A stretch of 64,000 nucleotides of DNA from Clostridia bacterium (GTDB taxonomy: Bacteria; Bacillota; Clostridia; Oscillospirales; CAG-272): contig JAFTIN010000006.1 of assembly GCA_017456895.1 (NCBI GenBank), forward strand, positions 5,511 to 69,510, given 5' to 3'. Position 1 is the first letter of the stretch, and each line of letters begins with the position of its first letter. Positions 54,747 to 64,000 of this stretch are shown here, one piece after another. The notes below the pieces were generated by a model, which saw only the letters and a program-made list of their open reading frames with translations, was not told the DNA's origin and did no database searches. The position numbers and the translations under genes were made by a program.

Positions 54747-57152
54747 TTATTTTATATCGTAAACACTTCTGACAAGGAGCTGTCCTACCTCGCCCTCGAG
54801 GATTCTGACGCGTTTTTCACCCGCATTCATATCAAAGAAGTTATCAGAGAGGATAAAATCCGAGTCGGGAGAGTAGATCTCAACGCTCTTGGCATAAGCG
54901 TTAGCTTTAACGACGATCTCGTCTCCGTCTGCATATACCTCAAGCTCGGGATCCACGAAGTCGAAGTGCTTGGGCGCTGTAAACAGAACTGTGCCCTCGG
55001 ATACAACGTCTGAGTCTACAACAAGCTCATAGGAAAGATAGTTGGTTCTGACATCGGTCTTCTCATAGTCTATCTGATCAAGATGTGTGACCGAAAGAGG
55101 TTCAACGTGGACTGGGTACTCTAAGCGCGAGATGACCTGTGAGGAGCTGTCGCGAAGTGTCGCGACGACCGTACCGTCGATCGGCTCAAGCGTATCGTTG
55201 GTAACCGATATAGTCGCCTTTGTCTCATAATCAAAGAACCAAGGCTCCATAATAACGTGGGGGCGTGTGGTTTTTTCGCCTATTTCCGCGCAGGAAACGA
55301 GCACGGGTGAGAAGAACCTCTTGGCATAATAGTGCAAAGCCTTTAGTCTGCCGTAATAATCTATACTCGACCAGGATGCGACCGGCCAAATATCATTAAG
55401 CTGCCAATAGAGAGTACCCATACATCTGCCTCTGTTACGGCGAAGATGCTCAACGCCGTATCTCATAGCCTCAGCCTGCAAAAGCTGAGAGGCATAAAGG
55501 AGTGTACCAAACTCTGTCGGATACAGGAAGGTCTCAGAAAGATAACTGATTATCTTGGCGTTGGCACCGGCATTTCTCTGATGCATCTCCATAACTCTCG
55601 AGAATATATTTCTGTCCTCGGGGAGCGTAACAGCGTTTATTGTCTTCTCGCAGGGGAAGGACTGGAAACCGAACTCGGAGAGATAGCGGAAATAATGATT
55701 CCTATACTCTGAAAAAGGCTTGTTCTGATGCCAGACATCCCAATAATGGGAGTCACCGAAGTTCTCGTTGTTAGGATCGATAAAGCGACCAAGTGAAACC
55801 GGAGAGGTGTGAATGTAGGGTATCTCGGGACATACCTCCTTAACGATCTCTGCTATAACGCCCTCAAAGAGCTCTATGTTAACAGGTATGCACACCTCCT
55901 TGACCTCGAGCTCTGCTCCCACTCCGCAGGACTCGATCTCATTGTTTCCGGAGATAACGGCAAGGCAGGCGTGATGGCGAATCCTCTCAAGATTCTGTCT
56001 GACCTCGACAACAATGTTCTCAAGCATGCGCTGATCGGGCATAATAAATGTACAAGCGAAAGCAAGATCAAAGAATACGATAATACCAAGCTCGTCGCAA
56101 ATATCGAAGAAGTAATCGTCGGGATAGTATCCGCCGCCCCATATCCTAATGGCATTGAAGTTGGCAAATACACACCTCTCGAGGAGCTTGCGCGAACGCT
56201 CCTCCGTACAGCGGGAGAGGATATTGTCCTCGGGTATGTAATCGGCACCCATGGCGAAGAATTTGACTCCGTTACACTCATGGGTAAAGCTCTCTCCGTA
56301 TCTGTCTTTTTCGCGGATAAGCTTGAGACTCCTCAAGCCAACTCTTTTTGTCTGAGAGTCGACAGACACACCGTCCTCAAGTATGTCAACCCTGAATGAA
56401 TATAGTGGTTGCTCACCGAGACCGCGAGGCCACCACAGCTCCGCATCAGTTATCTCACACTCCTCGTTCGCAGCCAGATAATATCTCTCACCATCCGGTG
56501 TATCCACGCTAACAGAAACTACGCAATCCTTGTCGGTTTCCACCAATGGTGTAACGTATACTTTACCATTTTCGTGCTTTTGCTCGATTTTAAAGGACGT
56601 GATCCTTGCGGAATCTTTAGTAATAAGCGTTACACTGCGCCATATTCCCATATCCGGAAGGAAGGGACCCCAGTCCCATCCAAGCATACAGTGAGCCTTC
56701 CTAATGTATCCAAATCCCGCGAGCGTCTGAATATTCTTACATAGGTCAAGCTCGGCAGCCTTCTGCTTGATGTATGGGTGAATGTTTCGGCAGATAACCG
56801 AGAGCTCATTATCACCGTTCTTAATAACGTTGGTTACGCTTAGCTCGTAGGTCACGTGCATATCGTCAGTATGGGCTATGTGTGTGCCGTTTAGAAATAC
56901 GTCAGCTATTGTGTCTATGCCATCAAAACGAAGGATATACTCATCCTCGCCCTTCTCGAAATCAAAGGAGCGGCTGAAGGTGTAATCACCGTGGGTAAGC
57001 GCGAGGGCGCCAAACTCGTTATCACGCCAATAGGGATCTGCCATCATATCGGCGTCGAGCAGGAAGGAGTAAAGCGAGCCCGGGATCTTTCCCTCACACT
57101 CAATACCGCCCCCCGTCATCTTCCAAATTCCGTTAAGAGATAATTCTTTCAT
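54747..57152 (-). CDS. GH2 beta-mannosidase
   Basis: 801 aa. LNGIWKM...IPGSLYSFLLDADMMADPYWRDNE is a typical beta-mannosidase N-terminus, with a GH2 TIM-barrel core. Confidence 0.88.
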   Translation of the reverse strand: MKELSLNGIWKMTGGGIECEGKIPGSLYSFLLDADMMADPYWRDNEFGALALTHGDYTFSRSFDFEKGEDEYILRFDGIDTIADVFLNGTHIAHTDDMHVTYELSVTNVIKNGDNELSVICRNIHPYIKQKAAELDLCKNIQTLAGFGYIRKAHCMLGWDWGPFLPDMGIWRSVTLITKDSARITSFKIEQKHENGKVYVTPLVETDKDCVVSVSVDTPDGERYYLAANEECEITDAELWWPRGLGEQPLYSFRVDILEDGVSVDSQTKRVGLRSLKLIREKDRYGESFTHECNGVKFFAMGADYIPEDNILSRCTEERSRKLLERCVFANFNAIRIWGGGYYPDDYFFDICDELGIIVFFDLAFACTFIMPDQRMLENIVVEVRQNLERIRHHACLAVISGNNEIESCGVGAELEVKEVCIPVNIELFEGVIAEIVKEVCPEIPYIHTSPVSLGRFIDPNNENFGDSHYWDVWHQNKPFSEYRNHYFRYLSEFGFQSFPCEKTINAVTLPEDRNIFSRVMEMHQRNAGANAKIISYLSETFLYPTEFGTLLYASQLLQAEAMRYGVEHLRRNRGRCMGTLYWQLNDIWPVASWSSIDYYGRLKALHYYAKRFFSPVLVSCAEIGEKTTRPHVIMEPWFFDYETKATISVTNDTLEPIDGTVVATLRDSSSQVISRLEYPVHVEPLSVTHLDQIDYEKTDVRTNYLSYELVVDSDVVSEGTVLFTAPKHFDFVDPELEVYADGDEIVVKANAYAKSVEIYSPDSDFILSDNFFDMNAGEKRVRILEGEVGQLLVRSVYDIK

Positions 57153-57766
57153 ATTTCCTCCATATAAACAAGTTCAACTATTTCATTTTCTGAGCTCACC
57201 GAGAGCAGAAACTCATTTTCCTTGGCAGTGAGTCTATGCACGTTAGTGGTCAAAGTCTCTGAATCAAGAGCAGTCGGATTTAGTGCTCCGTCACCGCGCC
57301 TTTTCAGATCGCTCTCTTTTTTTACCCAGCAGTCAAGTAAGTACAAGGACCGCTCCTCGGTCGGCAGAGAGAACATATATTCCCTTTCCTTCTTTGTTAA
57401 TACCTTTGAGCTAAGCCCTTCCTTAATATCTCTCACCTTCTCTACGTCAGCGCCCACTGCCGTCTCTGATATTGCGACAGATACGAGGCCATCAGTGTGA
57501 GAAAGCGAAAAACTAAATTCCGGGCAAATCCACTTGCCATTCGGCGTTTTTGTAAACTGTATGTTATCAAAATCGAGGTTTAAGTATTCTCTGACAGCGC
57601 GTTCAAGCAACTTCCATACGGCGTATTTCTCGCGCTTTGCCTTTTCGCTGTGACAGGATCTGATCTCCAAGTCGCGCTCGGGAGGATAGAGTTTACTCAT
57701 ACAGGTCGTCTCTTTTATTTCGGAATAAAAGACTATAGTTCCAAAACTCTTCTTCACACCGATCAC
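57149..57766 (-). CDS. Sfp-type 4'-phosphopantetheinyl transferase
   Basis: TPNGKW, FSLSHTDG, GADVEKV, WVKKESDLKR motifs. The stop overlaps the mannosidase start (ATGA). The start is uncertain (GTG 57766 or ATG 57700). Confidence 0.78.
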   Translation of the reverse strand: MIGVKKSFGTIVFYSEIKETTCMSKLYPPERDLEIRSCHSEKAKREKYAVWKLLERAVREYLNLDFDNIQFTKTPNGKWICPEFSFSLSHTDGLVSVAISETAVGADVEKVRDIKEGLSSKVLTKKEREYMFSLPTEERSLYLLDCWVKKESDLKRRGDGALNPTALDSETLTTNVHRLTAKENEFLLSVSSENEIVELVYMEEI

Positions 57767-57782
57767 CCCCCTCTTAGGCTAA

Positions 57783-57811
57783 ATTATATCACAACTTCCT
57801 GCTTTTTGCAA
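57783..57811 (-). promoter_or_regulatory. candidate promoter of the PPTase/beta-mannosidase operon
   Basis: Minus strand reads TTGCAA-17 nt-TATAAT with TGn (extended -10). Confidence 0.55.
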
Positions 57812-57899
57812 TACGAACAATAAATATTAATTATTTTATTGAAATCAAAAAAAAATTGTGATACAATAATATTTGTACTACGGTTCGAAAGGATACAAT

Positions 57900-58604
57900 A
57901 TGTTCAGATATGAAACTCACCTCCACTCATCCCCCGTCAGTAAATGCGGCAGCTATTCTGTCCGGGACAATCTGGAGTTTTACAAAGAGATAGGCTACGA
58001 CGGAGTCTTTCTCACCAATCATTTTATTGATGCAAACATCGGCTGTGATAGAACACTGCCTTACGAGGAACAGATCGAGTTCTACTTCACCGACATCGAG
58101 GAGGGTGAGAGGATCGCGCCCGAGATCGGAATCAAGTTCTTCTGGGGAATTGAAACCTCATACCTCGGTACAGACTTTCTTGTTTACGGTCTGTCAAAAG
58201 AGTGGTATCTTACTCACCCCGAGATCATGACGGTCTCTCGCAAGGAGATGCTCACGATGATGGCGGATGATGGCGCCCTGATCATACAGGCTCACCCCTT
58301 CCGTGAGGCAAGCTATATCGACCACGTAAGGCTCTTCCCCTATCACGTGCACGGAATCGAGGTCGACAACTGTGGCAACGAGGACTTCCAAAACGATATG
58401 GCGAAAATGTACGCCGACGTATATCATCTGCCCCACTCCGCAGGCAGCGACAATCACATCTCACGATATATATCACGTCTGGCAGGAGTGGAATTTGATA
58501 GGCCTATTGAAAGCATTGGTGACTTCATTGGAAGAATGAAAAACGGAGAAGCAAAAACCTTCTCTATACTTATCGAAAACGGACAAGTAAAAAAGGAGAT
58601 ATAA
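57900..58604 (+). CDS. PHP-domain metal-dependent phosphoesterase
   Basis: MFRYETHLHSSPVS...TNHF...AHPF. Start set at ATG 57900 (GAAAGGA RBS). Confidence 0.83.
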   Translation: MFRYETHLHSSPVSKCGSYSVRDNLEFYKEIGYDGVFLTNHFIDANIGCDRTLPYEEQIEFYFTDIEEGERIAPEIGIKFFWGIETSYLGTDFLVYGLSKEWYLTHPEIMTVSRKEMLTMMADDGALIIQAHPFREASYIDHVRLFPYHVHGIEVDNCGNEDFQNDMAKMYADVYHLPHSAGSDNHISRYISRLAGVEFDRPIESIGDFIGRMKNGEAKTFSILIENGQVKKEI

Positions 58605-58606
58605 TA

Positions 58607-60361
58607 ATGGGAAAATGGAATCTTGATATACTCTATACCGGATTTGACACCGTAGAGTATCAAAACGATCTTAAAAGACTTGAAGAGTTACTACCCGAGC
58701 TCTCTCGCGTAGCTGACTCGATCAATGAGCTTAGCGATGCAGAGCTCATCACCAAGTACATCAAAGTGCATGAAGAGCTCTCCGAACTTGTGGAAAAGCT
58801 GGCTATCTACGCCAACCTCAGGTACTCTGCAAACACCCGCGACACCGAAGCGGCATCTATGCTTGGTCGAATCATGCAGTCTATGAGCGCTACCGCGGCT
58901 CCAGCAGCGATTATCGAAAAAGCAATTTCCGAGATCGACGATCTCGATAAGGTAATAAAGAGCACCCCCGCACTTGCCGACTTTGAGTATATGATCACCA
59001 AAATCAAGGACTCCTCCCGTTATCTGCTCTCGGACAAGGAGGAGACTATCATGGCAAAGATGGATCTGTCCGGTGCATCCGCGTGGAGCGATCTGCAGAG
59101 CAGTCTCACAAGCGGTGTAAAAGTGAAGTATGAGGGCGAGGATATCACCCTCTCTGCAGTAAGAAACCTGGCATATTCCCCGGATGCCGAGGTAAGACGC
59201 AAGGCGTTCGACGCCGAGATCGCCTGCTACGACTCCATCAAGGAGGCGGTTGCATTCGCCCTCAACAGCATAAAGCTCCAGGTGCTCACCGAATGTGAGC
59301 TGCGTGGATACGAATCGCCTCTGGCAAAAGCACTATACCAATCGAGAATGAAAAAAGAGACACTCGACGCACTCCTCGGTGCTATGGATGAGTATCTACC
59401 CGCCTTCCGAAAGTATATGAAGGCTAAGGCAAAGGCGCTCGGTCACAAGGGCTCTCTTCCCTTCTACGATTTATTTGCTCCTATGGGCAATAGCAACAAG
59501 GTATACTCGGTCGATGATGCGAAAAATTATCTTCTCGGAATATTCGCAAAGTTTGACACCGAGCTTCACGATATGGTAAAGTGTGCGTTTGAAAACGGTT
59601 GGATCGATTTCTTCCCGAGAGAAGGTAAGGTTGGAGGAGCATTTGACTGCGGAGTTCCCTCAGCTAAAGAGAGCCGTGTGCTTACAAACTTTGACGGTTC
59701 ATTCAGCGATGTCGTAACCCTTGCTCACGAGCTCGGACACTCCTTCCATGACAGACAGGTCTTCTGCCACTCTATACTTAACCAGGGATACTCTATGCCC
59801 GTAGCGGAGACTGCCTCTACCTTCAATGAGGTTCTCGTTATGGAGACCGCGATAGCTGAGGCTGCCGACAGAGATGAGAAGCTTGCGCTTATCGAAAGCC
59901 AGCTTATGGACGCAAACCAGATCATCGTGGATATCTACTCTCGATTCATTTTTGAAAAATCCGTATTCGAAAACAGACCTATGGAGTTTATGGATGCGGA
60001 TAAAATGTGCGCGCTTATGATAGATGCTCAGAAAAAGGCGTACGGCGACGGCCTCGACGAAAACGCTCTGCACCCCTATATGTGGCTGTGCAAGGGTCAC
60101 TACTATAGCGGAGGTCTCAGCTTCTATAACTTCCCATACGCCTTTGGCGGTCTGTTTGCCCGTGGCCTGTACGCCAAGTATAAACAGGAGGGCCCCGCCT
60201 TCGTCGACACCTACAAGGCTATGCTTAGAGCTACCAGCATTACCGACGTTGAGGAGTGCGCCAAGATAGCAGGTATTGATCTCACCGATAAAGAGTTCTG
60301 GCGTCAGGGACTTAAGTCCATAGCAGACAGAATAGACGAGTTCTGTGAGTTAATCGGATAA
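58607..60361 (+). CDS. M3-family oligoendopeptidase (PepF-like)
   Basis: 584 aa with HELGHSFH zinc motif. Confidence 0.87.
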   Translation: MGKWNLDILYTGFDTVEYQNDLKRLEELLPELSRVADSINELSDAELITKYIKVHEELSELVEKLAIYANLRYSANTRDTEAASMLGRIMQSMSATAAPAAIIEKAISEIDDLDKVIKSTPALADFEYMITKIKDSSRYLLSDKEETIMAKMDLSGASAWSDLQSSLTSGVKVKYEGEDITLSAVRNLAYSPDAEVRRKAFDAEIACYDSIKEAVAFALNSIKLQVLTECELRGYESPLAKALYQSRMKKETLDALLGAMDEYLPAFRKYMKAKAKALGHKGSLPFYDLFAPMGNSNKVYSVDDAKNYLLGIFAKFDTELHDMVKCAFENGWIDFFPREGKVGGAFDCGVPSAKESRVLTNFDGSFSDVVTLAHELGHSFHDRQVFCHSILNQGYSMPVAETASTFNEVLVMETAIAEAADRDEKLALIESQLMDANQIIVDIYSRFIFEKSVFENRPMEFMDADKMCALMIDAQKKAYGDGLDENALHPYMWLCKGHYYSGGLSFYNFPYAFGGLFARGLYAKYKQEGPAFVDTYKAMLRATSITDVEECAKIAGIDLTDKEFWRQGLKSIADRIDEFCELIG

Positions 60362-60387
60362 TTTGCTAACCGATAGTTATAAAAAAA

Positions 60388-60417
60388 ACGAGTATGAGCA
60401 ATCAGGCTCATACTCGT
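60388..60417. terminator. bidirectional rho-independent terminator
   Basis: 12-bp stem acgagtatgagc/gctcatactcgt, flanked by aaaaaaaa and tttc. Confidence 0.85.
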
Positions 60418-60433
60418 TTTCTTTATTGCGTTT

Positions 60434-60904
60434 TTATCCTTTAATGGAATATATATACTTTTCGATCTTTTCCGGTACAAGATCCGAAAGGGTCTCTGTG
60501 CGCTTTATCCTCTCGCGAACAAGAGTGGAGCTTATGCCCCTAAACTCCTCCTCGCAAAGGATAAGCTCCGTCTCATATCCACCATGCTTCATATTATAGT
60601 CAGCCTGGGTTTGCTCCCATTCAAGATCCTCTTCGCCTCTGTACCCTTTTACTATCCTCGATATATCGTGCTCACGCATATAATCAACAACGCGGCCAAG
60701 AGAGTATGAGACAAAGACGTTGTCGAGGTCCTCCGTTGCCAGCATAAGCATGGCAACCCTATCCTCGAGCGAGAACATATATTCCTTGTTCGGATTGGTA
60801 AAGATTACTACGTAAACCTCTTCCTCGCGTTCGGCAACGCGGCGTATCATATCCGCATGTCCGAGAGTGACGGGATCATAGCTTCCCGGCATTATTACGC
60901 TCAT
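60434..60904 (-). CDS. coaD: pantetheine-phosphate adenylyltransferase
   Basis: 156 aa. PGSYDPVTLGHADMI. Confidence 0.9.
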   Translation of the reverse strand: MSVIMPGSYDPVTLGHADMIRRVAEREEEVYVVIFTNPNKEYMFSLEDRVAMLMLATEDLDNVFVSYSLGRVVDYMREHDISRIVKGYRGEEDLEWEQTQADYNMKHGGYETELILCEEEFRGISSTLVRERIKRTETLSDLVPEKIEKYIYSIKG

Positions 60905-61473
60905 TTTTCGTCACCTCTGTATATCAGTACGTTTACCGAGGTCTTTTTGCCGTACGAGGTGCTCTTGACAAACTCAAAGCCCGCGAGTCTTTGATCGCCC
61001 TCCTCGACGGTCTCGGTTCCGCTCTCAAGAACAAGTATGGCGCCGGGAATAATCAGCTCCGCGTCGCGAAGGCGCACCGCCGAGTCGACACAGCACTCCA
61101 TAGCGTAAGGAGGATCGATAAAAACAAGATCAAATTTGTCCCTGCCGGAAGCCTTTCTTATATAGTTGCGATAATCCGCAATCGAAAACTTTGATTTATC
61201 GAAAAGATCGAGATCCTTTGCGTTGCGCTTAACAATATCCATAGCATCACGCTCGGAGTCAACGAAAGTAACCGACTCTGCGCCTCTTGAGAGCGCCTCA
61301 AAGCCGAGCTGCCCGGAACCTGCAAAGAGATCAAGCACTCGTCTGTTTTCTATATCAAACTGTATGGAAGAAAAGATAGCTCCCTTTATCCTTTCCGAGG
61401 TAGGTCGGGTAGCCTCCCCCTCAAGAGTAATAAGCTTTCTTCCCTTTTTGCTTCCTGTAATAATTCTTACCAT
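60901..61473 (-). CDS. rsmD: 16S rRNA (guanine966-N2)-methyltransferase
   Basis: MVRIITGSKKGRKL...TRPTSERIKGAIF, DLFAGSG, FIDPPY. ATG 61473 lies 1 nt after the uvrC stop. Confidence 0.85.
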   Translation of the reverse strand: MVRIITGSKKGRKLITLEGEATRPTSERIKGAIFSSIQFDIENRRVLDLFAGSGQLGFEALSRGAESVTFVDSERDAMDIVKRNAKDLDLFDKSKFSIADYRNYIRKASGRDKFDLVFIDPPYAMECCVDSAVRLRDAELIIPGAILVLESGTETVEEGDQRLAGFEFVKSTSYGKKTSVNVLIYRGDEK

Positions 61474-61474
61474 T

Positions 61475-63301
61475 TTACTTTTCCTTTTTATCAAAATATT
61501 CGCGGATGGACTCGGCATCCTTTTGTGATATACCCTTGATCTTCACAAGCTCGGCAACCGAGGCTGCCTTGATCTTGACGTAAGGCATTGATGAAAGCAG
61601 AAGCTTTGCCTTTTTTTCACCGATGCCGGGAATCCTTGTCAAGGTCGAGTTTGTCAGCTTTTTGCTCTTATCTCGTGTTGAGTGCTTAAGTGCAAATCTA
61701 TGCGCTTCTTCCTGCAAATTGTAAATAAACGTATACACATTCATCTCTCTTGCGATAGATATCTCCTCATCCCCGTCGGTGATGGCTCTTGTCTTATGGA
61801 AGTCGTCCTTAACCATACCGTAAACAGGAATATCGATATCAAGCTCGGAAAATAGCTCCTTTATCATTCCAACGTGGCCTTCGCCACCATCAAGCAAAAT
61901 GAGGTCGGGTGTCTCACCGAGTGATGCCGTACCGTCACCTATATGAGAGACTCTGCGAGCCAATGCCTCTCGCATTGAGCCATAGTCATCCTGGCCAAGT
62001 GTGGTCTTGATCGAGAAAGCGCGATAGTCACTTTTCTTGAGCTTTCCGTCAGCGAATACAACCATCGAGGCAAAAATGGACTCGTTGCCAAAGTTTGAGA
62101 TATCATACGCCTCTATACGGCGAGGTACTTCCGACAGCCCGAGTAGTTCTGCAAGGCGTCCCACACTTTTATCCTCCCGTTCTACGGTGAGTCGATGCTG
62201 TCTGGCAGTCTCCTTTGCGTTCTCGAGTGCCATATCGCATAGTCTCCTGCCATCACCTCTTGAGGGCACCTTGACAGTCACTTTGTATGGAGCGGACAGC
62301 GTGAGATACTCCGAAAGAAGAGACCTGTCCTCCTCTGTAAGCTCAAAGTCAAGCATGATCTCACGCGGGATATTGCCTGCAGTATCATAGTAGTCAGCTA
62401 TCAGGGCTACGGCATCGTCCTCCGAGGAAAAGTCCGCCAAGGATAGCACAAACTGATTTTTATTCACCAGTGCTCCGCCTCTGATCGAGAGCATAGCCAG
62501 AACGCTCTCGGTCTCTCCGATATAAACTGCAAACACATCGCGCATTACCTTTTCATCAGCAACTACCTTCTGCTTTTCAACGAGTGCTCCAAGCGCACGT
62601 ATACTGTCGCGTAGCTGAGCGGCGCGCTCGAACTCCATTTCCTCTGCGGCATATTCCATATCCCTCGTAAGGCTGTCTACCGTCGCCTTGATATTGCCGT
62701 CGAGCACCCACTCCGCGCACTTAACAAGGGCCCTGTACTCCTCGCCGGATATACCTCCGACACAGGGAGCAACACATCTGCCCATATCCTTATAAATGCA
62801 AGGTCTTTCTTTGCCTATATCCTTCGGGAAGGATCGGCGGCAGGTATAAAGACCGAATATCTTCACCACGGTCTCAAGAGCCGTGTGAGCGGCTGAAGAG
62901 CCCTGATACGGACCAAAATAACGCGCCTTATCGCTTTTACGCTCTCTGGTAACAAAAAGTCGAGGATACTCCTCGGCGGTAACCTTGATATACGGATATG
63001 ATTTTGCATCCTTAAGCTTGATATTGTATTTCGGAGAATGCTTCTTTATAAGAACGTTCTCAAGTGCGAGAGCCTCGATCTCTGTGTCACAAACGATATA
63101 ATCAAAGTCACGAACCAGGCTGACCATACGTGCGGTCTTTGGAGTATGGTTATTGCCGGTGAAGTAGGATGTGACTCGGTTCTTCAGTTTTTTGGACTTT
63201 CCAACGTAGATGATCTCGCCGTCGGTATTTTTCATTATATAGACACCGGGTGTCTCGGGCAATGAATTAGCCTTGTCCCTAAGGCGTTCAATTATTGTCA
63301 T
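61475..63301 (-). CDS. uvrC: excinuclease ABC subunit C
   Basis: 608 aa. GIY-YIG N-terminus PGVYIMKN..GEIIYVGKSK, UVR domain, C-terminal (HhH)2. Confidence 0.93.
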   Translation of the reverse strand: MTIIERLRDKANSLPETPGVYIMKNTDGEIIYVGKSKKLKNRVTSYFTGNNHTPKTARMVSLVRDFDYIVCDTEIEALALENVLIKKHSPKYNIKLKDAKSYPYIKVTAEEYPRLFVTRERKSDKARYFGPYQGSSAAHTALETVVKIFGLYTCRRSFPKDIGKERPCIYKDMGRCVAPCVGGISGEEYRALVKCAEWVLDGNIKATVDSLTRDMEYAAEEMEFERAAQLRDSIRALGALVEKQKVVADEKVMRDVFAVYIGETESVLAMLSIRGGALVNKNQFVLSLADFSSEDDAVALIADYYDTAGNIPREIMLDFELTEEDRSLLSEYLTLSAPYKVTVKVPSRGDGRRLCDMALENAKETARQHRLTVEREDKSVGRLAELLGLSEVPRRIEAYDISNFGNESIFASMVVFADGKLKKSDYRAFSIKTTLGQDDYGSMREALARRVSHIGDGTASLGETPDLILLDGGEGHVGMIKELFSELDIDIPVYGMVKDDFHKTRAITDGDEEISIAREMNVYTFIYNLQEEAHRFALKHSTRDKSKKLTNSTLTRIPGIGEKKAKLLLSSMPYVKIKAASVAELVKIKGISQKDAESIREYFDKKEK

Positions 63302-63341
63302 AACCTACTCCTTTCTTCCGGTGTAGTTGATGTGAAAAGAA

Positions 63342-63368
63342 AAACGGCAGTCCGCCGACCGCCGTTTT
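63342..63368 (-). terminator. rho-independent terminator of ptsH
   Basis: aacggc/gccgtt stem. The minus strand continues tttttc. Confidence 0.65.
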
Positions 63369-63435
63369 CTGAGATAATTCCTGATTTTTACTCAATATTC
63401 GTCGTTTTCGGCTTAACCAAAATGCGACCTATTAA

Positions 63436-63702
63436 TTACAACTCCGGGAATCCGCCGTCTACGAGAGCTACGAGGCCGGAAACCGCCTCATTCTCATCGT
63501 TTCCGTCAGCAATAAGCGTAATTGTAGTGCCCTTTACGATTCCGAGAGAAAGAACACCGAGAAGGCTCTTGGCATTAACACGGCAATCCTCCTTCTCAAC
63601 CCAGATGGAACACTTATAAGAGTTAGCCTTCTGGATGAAGAACGTTGCAGGTCTTGCATGTAAGCCTACGCTATTCTGTATAGTAACGCTACGAGAAACC
63701 AT
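63436..63702 (-). CDS. ptsH: HPr phosphocarrier protein
   Basis: 88 aa from ATG 63702 (GGAGGAG RBS). GLHARPA (His15) and NAKSLLGVLSLG (Ser46). Confidence 0.9.
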   Translation of the reverse strand: MVSRSVTIQNSVGLHARPATFFIQKANSYKCSIWVEKEDCRVNAKSLLGVLSLGIVKGTTITLIADGNDENEAVSGLVALVDGGFPEL

Positions 63703-63843
63703 TAAATCAATCTCCTCCGAGAATTTTAGTAATACAAGTATAACAAATTGTTGAGGAAAAATCAATACTTTTTTCCAAAATAAAGTTTTAAACTTTATGT
63801 TTTTGCTTTATTTATTTTTAGGCAAATCGAACAAAAGATATTT

Positions 63844-64000
63844 TTATCGTCTGATAGAGATATCTATCGAGGAGGAGTCCTCTGCGCTTCCGTCACTAAA
63901 ATACGCGACTCGGTCATCAAACTCACTCTTTGAAACTCTGAGAGCCGCACTGCCAAGACCGAATACGCACCAGAACAGATAGTACATAGCCATATCAGCC
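63844..64000 (-). CDS. C-terminal fragment of an unidentified protein; the gene continues past the right edge
   Basis: My own minus-strand translation ...ADMAMYYLFWCVFGLGSAALRVSKSEFDDRVAYFSDGSAEDSSSIDISIRR* is open to the window edge. Confidence 0.35.
   Translation of the reverse strand, partial: ADMAMYYLFWCVFGLGSAALRVSKSEFDDRVAYFSDGSAEDSSSIDISIRR

Noticed and set aside
1-64000. Mobile genetic elements, prophage, defence islands, rRNA/tRNA genes
   Set aside because: I recognised no transposase, integrase, recombinase, phage structural, restriction-modification, toxin-antitoxin or cas-like ORF, and I spotted no tRNA-like T-arm (GGTTCGAAT-type) sequence. The only mobile-looking item is the non-coding inverted-repeat-bounded element at 32526..32914.

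Overview
This is a 64-kb chromosomal segment that looks like a Bacillota (Clostridia-type) genome: about 50% GC, spoVG present, AGGAGG-type ribosome-binding sites and consensus sigma-A promoters. It is densely coding, with about 47 CDS. I saw no rRNA, tRNA, CRISPR array, transposase, integrase or phage genes. All family names come from motifs I recognise in the translated ORFs. No database search was run. Housekeeping genes: mgtE, murC, spoVG, a pgk-tpiA operon, asnS, tldD/pmbA, coaD, rsmD, uvrC and ptsH. Accessory content: (1) an AraC-controlled GH3 / GPH-transporter / GH78 locus, plus a GH2 beta-mannosidase that is translationally coupled to an Sfp-type PPTase; (2) a putative membrane-protein pair with an M20 peptidase and an alpha/beta hydrolase; (3) several exported proteins that share Cys-triad modules; (4) an orphan sdpR/sdpI-like immunity pair in which the sdpI-like gene appears frameshifted. 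The most unusual items are these. (a) A tight four-gene operon (42708->34412, minus strand) encodes an ABC ATPase fused to a large polytopic domain with a YwaF/TMEM164-type WPLHLC core, followed by a 564-aa multi-pass permease, a small anchored protein and a 1256-aa lipoprotein (seven Big_3-like repeats plus a beta-helix-like region). (b) A ~90-bp tandem repeat lies in the pgk-tpiA spacer, and its two-tier hairpin is preserved between copies by compensatory base changes. (c) A ~390-bp element bounded by inverted repeats sits between two convergent genes and is built from GTGATAT heptamers alternating with mini-hairpins. (d) A GC-rich intergenic segment folds as a multi-hairpin structure. (e) A ~700-bp stretch has no gene call.
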